A stretch of 64,000 bases of DNA from Cenarchaeum sp. GTDB taxonomy: Archaea; Thermoproteota; Nitrososphaeria; Nitrososphaerales; Nitrosopumilaceae. The DNA is taken from assembly GCA_965212015.1 (NCBI GenBank), contig OZ243037.1, positions 800,001 through 864,000 of the forward strand, written 5' to 3'. Under the pieces are notes generated by a model, which saw nothing but the letters and a program-made list of their open reading frames with translations, made no database searches and had not been told where the DNA came from. The position numbers were made by a program, and so were the translations under genes. Shown here piece after piece: positions 30,181-40,105 of this stretch (position 1 is the stretch's first letter; each line of letters starts with the position of its first letter).

Positions 30181-32264
30181 ACCCGGTTATAGTGACCGGG
30201 TTTTGATTCATAAATAGATGCTTCGCGCAGCATTCTCCGGACATAGTTTCTGGCCTCCTCCTCGGAGAATTTCTCGGACTTTACCAGCTCGCCTATAAAC
30301 TGCTTTTCCTCGACTGCGGTCTTGTTGTCGCCTTCGAGCGACTTTAGTATGTCCATGAAGAGCTGCATTTTGGAGACCTCGCTGCGCGGCTTGCCCTGAA
30401 GCACGCCCAGATCCACCTTGCCCGTATTGACGTCGACTCCTGCGTCCTGAAGCATGCTCTGCATGAGATCGATTGCCCGCTGTGCGTCCTCGTCGTCGAC
30501 CTGATCCTTCATCAGCAGCCTCGCCCTTGCGGTGGCCAGCCTTATGAGGCCCTCCAGCTGGCGCGGGGTGACTGTAATCATTTCGTCAGAGTCGACGTTT
30601 CTCATCTTCATGTAATAGTCGATAATCTTGGTCTGTGCGTCCTTTGTCAGGACGGGGTTGAACTTTTTGGCGTATGCCAGGTACTTTGTGAGAGTGTCCA
30701 CGTCGATCAGGGAGCGGTGCTCGATTCCAGACGGGGTGTGAAGATCTATTATGTGCCGGGCTATGTTCCTGTCGCGCTCCTTTGACGGGGTGTCCCTTAC
30801 GACAAATATAAGATCAAAGCGGGTCAAAAGCGGCACCGGCAGGTTTACGTTCTCGGTAATGTTTTTGAACGGATCATACTTGCCGTACATTGGGTTTGCC
30901 GCCGCAAGTATCGACGTTCTTGCGTTAAGGGTGGCCACGATTCCGCCCTTTGCAATGCTGGCAGACTGCTGCTCCATTACCTCGTGGAGCGCGCTCCGAT
31001 CCTCGGGCTTCATCTTGTCGAACTCGTCTATGCAGACGAGTCCCTGGTCGCCTAGCACCACTGCGCCTGCCTCCAGCATCATTATTCCGGTCTTGTCGCG
31101 CACTACTGCTGCCGTAAGGCCGGCGGCAGTGGAGCCCCTGCCGGAGGTGTACAGCCCCCTGGGCGCTATCCTTGCGCAAAACTTTAGCATCTCGCTTTTT
31201 GCAGTGCCGGGATCACCTACCAAAAACACATTGACGTCCCCCCGTATCTTGCTGCCGTCACGCAGCTGCCTCTGCGTGGAGCCCACTATTAGCAGCAAAA
31301 TCGCCTCCTTGATTATCTCCTGGCCCCGTATGTGCGGCGCAAACGAGCTGACCAGTTTCTCATAAATGTCGTCATCACCCCCCAGCGCCTTTATCGTCTT
31401 TTCTTCTTCGGGCGAGATTTCTTCTCTCTCGCTTCTTCGCGAGGTCTTTGAGCTGCGGCCCCCGAGAAACTCTACATTGTTTCCGTCTATCCTCAGCCGG
31501 TACAGGGCGCTGTTTACGCGGCTTATTCCGGATATGGGCTCCTGCTCGATTCTCACTATTCCCGACAGTATTATCCTGTCGCCGGGGCGCGCATTGTCCA
31601 CCAGATCCTGCTTTATGGCCACGTCGATATAGTGGGGAAGCTGCCCCGGCGGAAGATCCTCGGGAAGCTCCTGCAGGCGAAGTATCTGAAAGTCGATAAA
31701 CTTGCTTGTGTCGGGCTTTACCTCCAGCTCCCGGTGCGTGCATTTTGGGGACGAGCATTTCGATGGCACATTGACGCTCATTCCCTTTTGAAGGAGTATC
31801 TGCGTATAGTGCCCGTCGGGGCACACGTACATGAGCTCCCTTGCCAGCGGCTTTACCTCTGAGGCGCGCACCACCATGCCAGAGACGCTAGTCATCTTGT
31901 TGATTATCTCGGCGTTGATCTGCCGGAGGCTGCGCTGGACGGGATAGTTTACAATGCGCGCCCGCACGTCGTCCTTGATTTTTTCGGCGTACTTTGAGAA
32001 CCTTTCCCCGAGTATCTCCCTTATCGCGCGCGAAAACGCCATCAGGACGTCGTCGGGGTTTTCGTTGAACTTTGAGTCAATCTCCGGGAACGACACGAGA
32101 TCGTTATAGTCTATCACGATGAACTTTGAATTCCTGGACATCATTTGATCGATTTGATCCACGTACTGATAGTGTCCCGCCTTGTCCTTGTGCTGGACTA
32201 GAAACGACTTTATCATGTCAGACAGCGCCGAGTCTGTGAGCTGCCGGGCCTCGACGGCAGTCAC
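30177..32264 (-). CDS. mcm: Replicative helicase MCM
   Basis: GDPGTAKS, IDEFDKM, LHEVMEQQ, AAANP, RFDL; no intein apparent. Confidence 0.98.
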   Translation of the reverse strand: MTAVEARQLTDSALSDMIKSFLVQHKDKAGHYQYVDQIDQMMSRNSKFIVIDYNDLVSFPEIDSKFNENPDDVLMAFSRAIREILGERFSKYAEKIKDDVRARIVNYPVQRSLRQINAEIINKMTSVSGMVVRASEVKPLARELMYVCPDGHYTQILLQKGMSVNVPSKCSSPKCTHRELEVKPDTSKFIDFQILRLQELPEDLPPGQLPHYIDVAIKQDLVDNARPGDRIILSGIVRIEQEPISGISRVNSALYRLRIDGNNVEFLGGRSSKTSRRSEREEISPEEEKTIKALGGDDDIYEKLVSSFAPHIRGQEIIKEAILLLIVGSTQRQLRDGSKIRGDVNVFLVGDPGTAKSEMLKFCARIAPRGLYTSGRGSTAAGLTAAVVRDKTGIMMLEAGAVVLGDQGLVCIDEFDKMKPEDRSALHEVMEQQSASIAKGGIVATLNARTSILAAANPMYGKYDPFKNITENVNLPVPLLTRFDLIFVVRDTPSKERDRNIARHIIDLHTPSGIEHRSLIDVDTLTKYLAYAKKFNPVLTKDAQTKIIDYYMKMRNVDSDEMITVTPRQLEGLIRLATARARLLMKDQVDDEDAQRAIDLMQSMLQDAGVDVNTGKVDLGVLQGKPRSEVSKMQLFMDILKSLEGDNKTAVEEKQFIGELVKSEKFSEEEARNYVRRMLREASIYESKPGHYNRV

Positions 32265-32779
32265 TTGCCGTCACCGATGATTTGCGCGGTAAAGGCCGCG
32301 CTTGTGTCGTGCAAATTGTTGTAAAACTCTCGCTCCTCGACTGTCATTTTTCCGGACAGCTCTGCTGTAAGCTTGGAGGAGTCTGCAAGGTGGATTATCT
32401 TGCCGTGCCTCTTTCTCAAAAGCGTGTTGAGCATGCTTTCGACCTTGTCGCGATCAGAGTCGGGCAGCTTTTTCATGTATGCCTTTAGCTTTATGTAAAA
32501 ATGCTCCTCGAGTGTTGCCAGCTCAAACTCGCCCTGGACGTTCTCCTTTACTATGGCCTGCTTTAGCTCCACTACCATGTCGACTTCTTGTATCTGCCCG
32601 TGCTTTTCGTCCTCCAGGACGGCCGCCACGTACCGCGGTATGTTCATGATTTCGCCCTCCTTGGCCTCTATCTTGATTCCGGCCACGCTGATTTTGACGT
32701 CGTGGACAAAGGCGAACTTTACGTCCTGGAGCTCAAAGCCAGTCGCGTGCGCCCGGTCCAAATCCTTTGTCTGTGGCAT
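32261..32779 (-). CDS. GINS complex subunit (Gins23)
   Basis: Overlaps mcm start; HFYIKLK, RHGKII, TVEEREFY. Confidence 0.88.
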   Translation of the reverse strand: MPQTKDLDRAHATGFELQDVKFAFVHDVKISVAGIKIEAKEGEIMNIPRYVAAVLEDEKHGQIQEVDMVVELKQAIVKENVQGEFELATLEEHFYIKLKAYMKKLPDSDRDKVESMLNTLLRKRHGKIIHLADSSKLTAELSGKMTVEEREFYNNLHDTSAAFTAQIIGDGK

Positions 32780-32906
32780 TGGGATCAGCTATTCCCCCGC
32801 CTGTGCTCATACAGCGTAGCGATCATTTTTATTAACAACATGGTAAGATCAATTGATCCTGCTCACTACTGTGATTTATTTAGTGGGTTATAACAGTATA
32901 ATTCGC

Positions 32907-33854
32907 ATGTCATCTAGGAGCATGTGGGTGGAGAAATACCGCCCATCGAGGCTGTCCCAGATAGTGGGCCAGAAGGAGGTTATAAGGAGCATCGGGGCGC
33001 TGCTAAAAAAGCCCCCAGAGATGCCACATTTGATGTTCTCGGGATCCGCCGGCGTGGGCAAGACCACGACTGCCCTGTGCATTGCGCGGCAGGTGCTAGG
33101 GGACCACATAAAGGGCAACCTGCTTGAGCTCAACGCGTCTGACGAGCGCGGAATAAACATGGTGCGCGAAAAGGTGAAAAGGTTCTCAAACTATGCTGCC
33201 TTTGATGACATTCCCTTCAAGATAATCATTCTGGATGAGGCCGACGAAATGACGGCAGATGCGCAGACTGCGCTGCGCAGGATAATAGAGGACGCAGCCA
33301 GGATATGCAGGTTTATCCTGATTGCAAACAATATATCAAAAATAATAAGCCCCATCCAGAGCAGGTGCGCAATCTTCAAGTTTACTGCGATTCCCCAAAA
33401 GGACATAGTAGCCCACCTCAAAAAAATAGCGTCAGAGGAAAAGGTGACAGCCGACCAAAAGGGACTAGACATGATACACGAGTATTCAGAAGGTGACCTG
33501 AGGCACTCGATAAACATGCTGCAGGCAGCCGCCAGCCTTGGCGGCATAACAGAGGAGAACGTCAGGGCGTCGGCCGGACTGACAAAGACCGGCGACGTAG
33601 GCAAGATACTGGCCCTTGCAACCGGCGGAAAGATTACGCAGGCAAGAGAGCAGATGATAGAGCTCATCAAGGTTTACGGAATGTCAGAGTCGGACTTTTT
33701 AAAGTACCTCAACTCTGCGGTCTTTAAGACAAAGACGGAGAACACTGGTGGAATCCTCGAGGTGATTGCAAAGTACGATTACAGGATTCTAGTCGGGGCA
33801 AACCCCGAGATTCAGCTCTCCGCAATGCTTGCAGAGCTCGGGGACATAAAGTAG
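32907..33854 (+). CDS. rfcS: Replication factor C small subunit
   Basis: WVEKYRP, GVGKTT, LNASDERG, LDEADEMT, IQSRC. Confidence 0.96.
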   Translation: MSSRSMWVEKYRPSRLSQIVGQKEVIRSIGALLKKPPEMPHLMFSGSAGVGKTTTALCIARQVLGDHIKGNLLELNASDERGINMVREKVKRFSNYAAFDDIPFKIIILDEADEMTADAQTALRRIIEDAARICRFILIANNISKIISPIQSRCAIFKFTAIPQKDIVAHLKKIASEEKVTADQKGLDMIHEYSEGDLRHSINMLQAAASLGGITEENVRASAGLTKTGDVGKILALATGGKITQAREQMIELIKVYGMSESDFLKYLNSAVFKTKTENTGGILEVIAKYDYRILVGANPEIQLSAMLAELGDIK

Positions 33855-33891
33855 ATCAGCCGCACGCAGGTTTTAATCCCGCAGCGCGGCG

Positions 33892-34008
33892 TTATTCATC
33901 TTCAAAGAGCTCCTCGTAAAACTCGCGTTCTTCTTTTGGCATCTCTTTTACGGCCTTTTCGACCTCTTTGGCATGCTTTATCATCCAGCCTTTTGGCAGT
34001 TCGTCCAT
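33892..34008 (-). CDS. Putative 38-aa acidic protein (MDELPKGWMIKHAKEVEKAVKEMPKEEREFYEELFEDE)
   Basis: Manual translation; TTATAT box 24 nt upstream of ATG; in an AT-rich insert. Confidence 0.5.
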   Translation of the reverse strand: MDELPKGWMIKHAKEVEKAVKEMPKEEREFYEELFEDE

Positions 34009-34248
34009 GTGTTGAAAGCATGGCATATTCGATATAAGGGTTATTTGTCAAAATCCAGTCTTTGTTTGGCCATGACCTGGATTAGTTTATTGGATGCAAA
34101 CTTTTCTTTATTACGGTATAATGCCGACGCGCGGTATCTTGGAACTGCATTATTTGGATCCCAGTCAAGCCGTTTTCCACGATGATCCTTTCTTGGCAGC
34201 ATCTCGAACAGATCCACGTATCTCCAGGATTCCACGGTTTGATCCCGC

Positions 34249-35574
34249 CTATTGCCTTGTGCGCCTTGCCCATTTTTCCAGCGAGTTTGCAGAGTCCATC
34301 ATGTGCGGCGCGTTTCTCCTTACAAACTCTGCCTCTTCCGATGCGCTCCCCGGCCTGTTTTCCCGATAGTCATCGTACGCCTTTTTGCCGTCATAGTCGA
34401 CAAACGCTATGCGGGCGCCGTAATCGGCAGGCTCTAGCATGTTTGCATCCCCGGTGACAGTCGCAAGATGGTACGGGCACCTGATCAGAGAGTCCCCGAG
34501 CCGGTTAGAGTTTGCCACCCCGTGCCGCCTGAGATCTTTTGACATGCCGTTGAAATCAGCATAGAAATAAAACGCGCCCTCCGGCATCGTACATTCCACC
34601 CCGTCAACGCCGTTCCACAGCTCGCTTAGCTGCGTGCCCATCATCCTGTGTATCTGACGCGTAATCCCAAAATACTCCTCGATTCCGGGATCCGGCTCGT
34701 AGGCCTTTATTGCGGCAAACTGCGTCGGCGTAGAGACGTTGGTGTATATGGTGGCTGCCACCTTTTTAAAGTCGGCCAGCAGCTTTTTAGAGTCAGTGTC
34801 TGGCAGTACGCACGAGCCCAGCCTGTATCCTCCGGCAGACCTGTCCTTGGAGAGCCCGTTTGTGACAAAGGCGCCCTCCGGATAGATCTTTGCAAGGCTG
34901 GTAAATTTTTCAACGTCATAGGTCGACAGCGCGTAAATTTCGTCGGCCAGAATCAAAATCCCGCGCCTTCTGCACACCCCGACAATCCCCTCAAGCTCGG
35001 CCTCCGTGTATAATGCGCCGGTCGGATTGTGCGGGTTGTTGATTACCAGCGTGTGCTGCTTTTCCTCAAGCGAGCCGGCAAACTCGTCGAGCTGTTCGGG
35101 GGTTATCTTGTAGCCGTTCTCCTTTTTCAGGTGCAGCGTGTGAAAGTGCTTGTTTAGCAGGTACATCTGCGGCCTGTACCCTATCCACGAGGGGGACGGA
35201 AGAATCACCCCGCCGTCCAGGATTAAAAAGAGCGTATTGATCAAATCCTTGGTTCCGGGCCCGATTATTATCCTGTCCGCATCCAGGCTCAGGCCGAAAT
35301 GCCTGTTGTTAAAGTCGGCTATTGCCTGCCGCAGCGGCAGTATCCCTTCTGCATCCGAATAGTGCCCCTGTCCGGCGTTCTCTGCCAGTCCCCGCCGCAG
35401 CGTCTCAGGCACGTGAAACGGCGACTGTCCAAATCCCAGGCCGTAATAGTGAAACGAACAGCTTCCCGCACGGCACTGCTCCTTTTGCTTTGCCACCATC
35501 AGTCCCACCTTTAGGTTGTCCGGCGTGACAATCCTGTCCACGTTGGAATCAATCATGATTTCGCGCATCACCAT
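34249..35574 (-). CDS. PLP-dependent aminotransferase class I/II
   Basis: GQSPF, NNPHNPTG, DEIY, GLSKDRSAGGYRLG, EGAFY; start ATG 35574 or 35568. Confidence 0.92.
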   Translation of the reverse strand: MVMREIMIDSNVDRIVTPDNLKVGLMVAKQKEQCRAGSCSFHYYGLGFGQSPFHVPETLRRGLAENAGQGHYSDAEGILPLRQAIADFNNRHFGLSLDADRIIIGPGTKDLINTLFLILDGGVILPSPSWIGYRPQMYLLNKHFHTLHLKKENGYKITPEQLDEFAGSLEEKQHTLVINNPHNPTGALYTEAELEGIVGVCRRRGILILADEIYALSTYDVEKFTSLAKIYPEGAFVTNGLSKDRSAGGYRLGSCVLPDTDSKKLLADFKKVAATIYTNVSTPTQFAAIKAYEPDPGIEEYFGITRQIHRMMGTQLSELWNGVDGVECTMPEGAFYFYADFNGMSKDLRRHGVANSNRLGDSLIRCPYHLATVTGDANMLEPADYGARIAFVDYDGKKAYDDYRENRPGSASEEAEFVRRNAPHMMDSANSLEKWARRTRQ

Positions 35575-35991
35575 ACACACCGTACAATCGATATTATCTT
35601 TTTCCCAAATTCGCCGTCCCGTGCGACCGCAGACACACATTGGGGGACGCACGCAGGTAGGAGGGCCAAACAGTGTGATTTCCGCACGCGACTGATTGCG
35701 CCCAAAACCCTACGTGCCGGCAGCGTCGGACATCTGCCGGAATGGAGGCCTTGACGGCCAGATCCCAGTCAGAATCGTCCCGAGGCCGAACAGTCCCCGG
35801 CAGGTGCCGGTACGATGTAGGGCCGATTCTGCAACTCGAGGCGGAAATTCCCAGTTGGTCCCGTGTCCATTACGGAGAAATGTTCGCGCCCGCCTGCTGA
35901 GAACTATAAAGCGCAAACCCCACACACAAATATATAAAATGATAGGTACAACTAGGATGAATTGCCTGGCATAGAATGCGTGATTAGCTAG

Positions 35992-36648
35992 TTGGGACTG
36001 CGGGATATCTCACTAAAAGAAGAGTACCGGTCGGATCGGGACGACATTGTCACAGAGTTTTTCATCCCGTGCCTTGGCAACTGCATAGAGTACGACAGGT
36101 GTATAGAGTACATCTCGCTGAAAAGCCTGACCACGCTTGCGCTGGGCCTTGACAACTTTACAAAAAACAAGGCCAGGATAAGGATAATCTGCGGCCACCG
36201 GTTTGACGCCTCTGATCTGGAGTTCATCACAAAGCTGTTCATAGACAACCGCGGCTTTCCGCTAAAGACCGGGCTTATCAGGGATTCAAAGATCAAGATG
36301 CTCTATGACCTGGTAGAAAACCGCCAAATCGAGATCAAGATTGCGATTCCAAACTCAGAAGAGGTCGTAGGCTCGTTTAGCGACAGGGTCGGCATCTTTG
36401 TCGACGAACGCGACGACGTAGTGGCCTTTACGGGCACGTCCAACCAGACATTCAACGCGCAAAACAGGAACTTTGAATCAGTGGACGTCTTTACGTCGTG
36501 GAACGACAAGAGCAGGGTAGAGATCAAGACCAAGGATTTCGGGGACCTGTGGGAGAACAAGACCAGGCACGTCGAGGTCTATGACTTTGAGCACGCCCAG
36601 AAGAGAAACATGCTGAAATATTCCTCCAGGTGGGCAATCGACGTCTAG
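35992..36648 (+). CDS. Stand-alone PLD-like domain related to the N-terminus of PLD-DEAD helicase/restriction enzymes
   Basis: EYRSDRDDIV.EFFIP, YDR, IEIKIA, GIFVD....VAFTGTSN, NFESVDVF.SW; HxK replaced by SDR. Confidence 0.7.
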   Translation: MGLRDISLKEEYRSDRDDIVTEFFIPCLGNCIEYDRCIEYISLKSLTTLALGLDNFTKNKARIRIICGHRFDASDLEFITKLFIDNRGFPLKTGLIRDSKIKMLYDLVENRQIEIKIAIPNSEEVVGSFSDRVGIFVDERDDVVAFTGTSNQTFNAQNRNFESVDVFTSWNDKSRVEIKTKDFGDLWENKTRHVEVYDFEHAQKRNMLKYSSRWAIDV

Positions 36649-37218
36649 TCAGAGCTCGATCCTGTCCTGCACGCCGGCCTTGTTTTGCAAAAAGCCGATT
36701 TTGGACAGCCTGTAATAGATTATCTCGCCCCTTCTTTCGATTACCGCCACGATGGGCTCCTTTCCCATCTGCGTAATCTGCTCCACCTTTTCTTGCAGGT
36801 CTCCTATCCTTTCCTGCGTGCCCTCGTTTAGCCCAAAGATCACGTATTTGGCGCCCTTTGTGCCAAAGTGCCCCCGCTCGTACACGCGAAAATCCGAGCC
36901 GAATCCAAACCCGTCCTTTACGGCGTACCCCCTGCTGCGCAGATCCCGGTAGATCAGAAACTTGGTCAGAATCGTCTTGTCGTACTTTTTGCATATCTGC
37001 ATCAGCGCGTTAAAGTCCAGGGTTTTTTTGGCCCTGATGAGCTGCAGCTTGTCGCAGTAAAGCAGGTACAGGGACTCGAAGGGCTTTAGGAAAAACTTGT
37101 CGCGTATGGTCTCGCCGTATCCCTTGCACTCTAGCTCGCGCCGCACGTCTGCGTCAGAAACCAGCGTGAGATCCTTGACCAGCCGGCCCTGGACTTGCGG
37201 TTCGGATGGCTGCTCCAT
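36649..37218 (-). CDS. endA: tRNA-intron endonuclease subunit
   Basis: LIYRDLRSRGY, GFGFGSDFRVY, IIYY. Confidence 0.88.
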   Translation of the reverse strand: MEQPSEPQVQGRLVKDLTLVSDADVRRELECKGYGETIRDKFFLKPFESLYLLYCDKLQLIRAKKTLDFNALMQICKKYDKTILTKFLIYRDLRSRGYAVKDGFGFGSDFRVYERGHFGTKGAKYVIFGLNEGTQERIGDLQEKVEQITQMGKEPIVAVIERRGEIIYYRLSKIGFLQNKAGVQDRIEL

Positions 37219-37339
37219 TGTACGGGAGTGGCCCGTTTTTTCAATATAAGCCACACTAGGCCGGAATCCCCAGGACCGGAGGGCGCTTTTACGACTCTTA
37301 AAATAAGGGCTCAGAGGCGTAAGGCCAACGGGTCATATC

Positions 37340-37837
37340 ATGCACGGTGCAAACTATAGAAAGGGAAACGGCCAGCCATACACGAGAAAAAAATACATCA
37401 AGGGCAAGCCGCAGATAAAAATCACGAAATTTCAGACCGGAACGCCGGGCGGATACGACTATTGCGTGCAGCTATTAATCAACGAAAAGATACAGATCCG
37501 GCACATGGCCATAGAATCCACAAGGCTTGCGGCAAACAAGACCATCGAAAAGGCCACCGGCGAGAGCGGATACTATTCCAGGCTCAGGGTGTACCCCCAC
37601 GTCCTGCTAAGGGAGAACAAAATGATCGCAACTGCCGGCGCAGACAGGCTTCAGGAGGGCATGAGGCGCGCCTTTGGAAAGGCAGTCAGCCTCGGCGCCA
37701 GAGTCAAGCAGGGACAGGTAATCTATGAGGCGCACGTCAAAAAGGAGCACCTAGAGCACGCAAAAAAGGCCATAAAGCACGCATGTGTAAAGCTTCCCGG
37801 AACCCCGACGATCAAAGTCATTGAGCTAAAAAACTAG
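37340..37837 (+). CDS. rpl10e: Ribosomal protein uL16 (L10e)
   Basis: YPHVLLRENKM, GADRLQEGMRRAFGK. Confidence 0.97.
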   Translation: MHGANYRKGNGQPYTRKKYIKGKPQIKITKFQTGTPGGYDYCVQLLINEKIQIRHMAIESTRLAANKTIEKATGESGYYSRLRVYPHVLLRENKMIATAGADRLQEGMRRAFGKAVSLGARVKQGQVIYEAHVKKEHLEHAKKAIKHACVKLPGTPTIKVIELKN

Positions 37838-38115
37838 GTCCCGTCCTGTTTCAGGGCGCCAAGAATCTCGCGCTCCCGCGCCACTAAAATTCCGACAAAC
37901 TCGGTAAACTCGTCGTCAGTCGGATCACGCGAAAGGATTCTCCTGCACTGATAGTGAAACGAGTTGTACAGCCTGCCAATTACGATTCCGCACGCAAACG
38001 CGTTATCATCAGACGACATTTTGCCAAGCGACCCTGCCACGGTTTTAATCCAGGCGGTATTCTCAAAGACCTCGCCGATTTTTTGGTTTACCACCTTGAG
38101 CAGTCTCTCATCCAT
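37834..38115 (-). CDS. Conserved hypothetical protein
   Basis: GIVIGRLYNSFHYQCRRIL motif; ATG start. Confidence 0.75.
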   Translation of the reverse strand: MDERLLKVVNQKIGEVFENTAWIKTVAGSLGKMSSDDNAFACGIVIGRLYNSFHYQCRRILSRDPTDDEFTEFVGILVAREREILGALKQDGT

Positions 38116-38197
38116 GCGTTATACATGTCGGCGGTGATTAAAAATTGTGTCGCATCGATCAGTAGGCTTTAATATAGAAAATACGGCTGTTGTTTGG

Positions 38198-38271
38198 GCA
38201 GTCGTAGTATAGTTTGGTTATTATTCCAGCTTGCCAAGTTGGTGACCCGGGTTCAAATCCCGGCGACTGCA
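38198..38271 (+). tRNA. tRNA-Gly (GCC)
   Basis: Acceptor stem GCAGTCG/CGACTGC; anticodon arm CCAGC-TTGCCAA-GTTGG; T-arm CCGGG-TTCAAAT-CCCGG; TTTAATAT box upstream. Confidence 0.97.
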
Positions 38272-38272
38272 C

Positions 38273-38683
38273 TCACCTGCCGAGGCCGCCTCTGATCATC
38301 TCTAGCGCATCGTGCGCCCTTTCGGGCCTGGGAAGCTGAATCATGAATATGTTCCCCCCGTCGGATTCCGAGGACAGCGCCATCATGGACGTCTCTGCTA
38401 GCAGCTCAAAGAAATCCACGCACGTGCTTGCATCAAGCAGTATCTTTAGCGCGGTTTGATCCGGAAAGGTCATGGTTATGTCGACAAACACGTGTCCTGC
38501 GCCGTCCTGTATGATGTTGAGGTTCGTGTCTATTGATGCGGGCCTGCCTGCGACCTTGCGCATTACTTTATCAAACCTTTCCGGCCGCAGCTGTATGCAC
38601 GGAACCGTGGTCTGCTCGTACCGTATGGCAGTGACCCCGCGGTGCACCCTCTTTAGGAGATCGCCTAGCTCGCCTTCGGGCAG
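38273..38683 (-). CDS. Conserved hypothetical protein
   Basis: DTNLNIIQDG.GHVFV and FMIQLPRP; start GTG 38647 or CTG 38683. Confidence 0.7.
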   Translation of the reverse strand: MPEGELGDLLKRVHRGVTAIRYEQTTVPCIQLRPERFDKVMRKVAGRPASIDTNLNIIQDGAGHVFVDITMTFPDQTALKILLDASTCVDFFELLAETSMMALSSESDGGNIFMIQLPRPERAHDALEMIRGGLGR

Positions 38684-38686
38684 CCC

Positions 38687-40003
38687 CTACTCCTCCCGCA
38701 TCCGGGCAACCACCCTGTCGCTTGCCTTGATTAGAAACGGCGAGATAAAGGCGGTGATTATGGCAATGAGTCCGATCAGCGGAAAGACAAAGCTGCTCAC
38801 GACTCCCAAATCCACGCCTATCTTTACGATTACAATCGAAAACTCACCCCGGGGCGACGCAAGGGTGAACGCAGTCCTTACCGATTTTTTCCTTTTCTGC
38901 CTGAGGACAAAGCTTCCAAGCAGGTTTCCGCCGAATTTTGTGGCGGTGGCCACGACAATCAGAACGACGGCCAGAAACACATAGTTCTGTATCTGGCTTA
39001 TGTCCATCAGCGCCCCGACTGACACGAAAAAGATTGCAACAAACATGTCCTTTATGGGGCTGGAGAGCATCTTTGAGACCTCGGCGGACTTGGATTCGGC
39101 GACTAGCACGCCGGCCAGAAACGCCCCGATCGCAACGGAAAGCCCGACAATGTTTGCAAGCAGCGCGTATCCAAAGCAGACGCCCAGCACGCTAAGAAGC
39201 AGGATCTCCCTGTGCTCGGCGGCGGCCACCTTGTCTATAAGCCGCGGTATTATCCTGGTGCCGATGGTAAACGTGCCCACGATCAGGCCGGCTGCCACGA
39301 TAACTACCACAAGCACGCTCTCAATTGACACCGTGCCCACAAGCGCAATGGACTGCAGCGAGGAGATCAAGATTACTGCGATTATATCCTCCACTATCAG
39401 GACGCCCAGTACCAGTATGGACGACTCTTTTTTGATCTTGCCTGCATCGGTGAGTATCTTTACAATTATGGCAGTGCTGCTAATCGACAGGGCCGCTGCC
39501 AGAAACAGCGAGTCCATAAAGTTCAGCCCCATCGCCCCTGCGGCAAGAAACACCGCGCCCATGGTCAGAAACAGCCCCAGTGTTCCGACACCTGCGGCGA
39601 CCTTGCCTATGGAGCGGATCTTGGCGTACGGAAACTCGATCCCTATCACAAACAGCAGCAGTATGACGCCAATCTCTGCAAAAAGATTCAGCGCCGAAAT
39701 GTCAGACAGTATTCCGACTCCGTCGACGGGATCCCCGGGCACCCCGCCTTTTGGCAAAAGCCACGACCACAGCGGCGAGAGGGGCCCGATGAGCATTCCC
39801 GCAAAAAGGTACCCGATTATCAGCGGCTGCCGTATCTTAAAGAACGCCAGGGTCACGACTGCCCCGATTATCATGATTATCGCAAGATCGGTCACAAACG
39901 TGGTGTGGGGCAGCTCCGGTGTGAGCTGCTCGATTATGCTCATAATGCTGGCATTAAGCGAGTCCTGAATGCCAGAGTCTGCCTGTAAAAAAAAATCCCT
40001 CAT
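38687..40003 (-). CDS. CPA2-family cation:proton antiporter (KefB-like)
   Basis: Many TM segments; LLFVIGIEF, SISSTAII, LIVEDI, GAFLAG, PRGEFS. Confidence 0.93.
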   Translation of the reverse strand: MRDFFLQADSGIQDSLNASIMSIIEQLTPELPHTTFVTDLAIIMIIGAVVTLAFFKIRQPLIIGYLFAGMLIGPLSPLWSWLLPKGGVPGDPVDGVGILSDISALNLFAEIGVILLLFVIGIEFPYAKIRSIGKVAAGVGTLGLFLTMGAVFLAAGAMGLNFMDSLFLAAALSISSTAIIVKILTDAGKIKKESSILVLGVLIVEDIIAVILISSLQSIALVGTVSIESVLVVVIVAAGLIVGTFTIGTRIIPRLIDKVAAAEHREILLLSVLGVCFGYALLANIVGLSVAIGAFLAGVLVAESKSAEVSKMLSSPIKDMFVAIFFVSVGALMDISQIQNYVFLAVVLIVVATATKFGGNLLGSFVLRQKRKKSVRTAFTLASPRGEFSIVIVKIGVDLGVVSSFVFPLIGLIAIITAFISPFLIKASDRVVARMREE

Positions 40004-40105
40004 ACCATCGCCTGTACACAGATTTGCTTAAAAACAGAATGGTTTTGCGCGCATGGCCGGATTCTGCGCTAAAACCTCTTTATTTGCTGTGCTGCCACCC
40101 CTTCA

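Noticed and set aside
32780-32906. AT-rich mcm/GINS-rfcS spacer as a replication origin
   Set aside because: No ORB repeats or cdc6; explained by divergent promoters
39000-39968. 322-aa + strand ORF
   Set aside because: Antisense shadow of the antiporter
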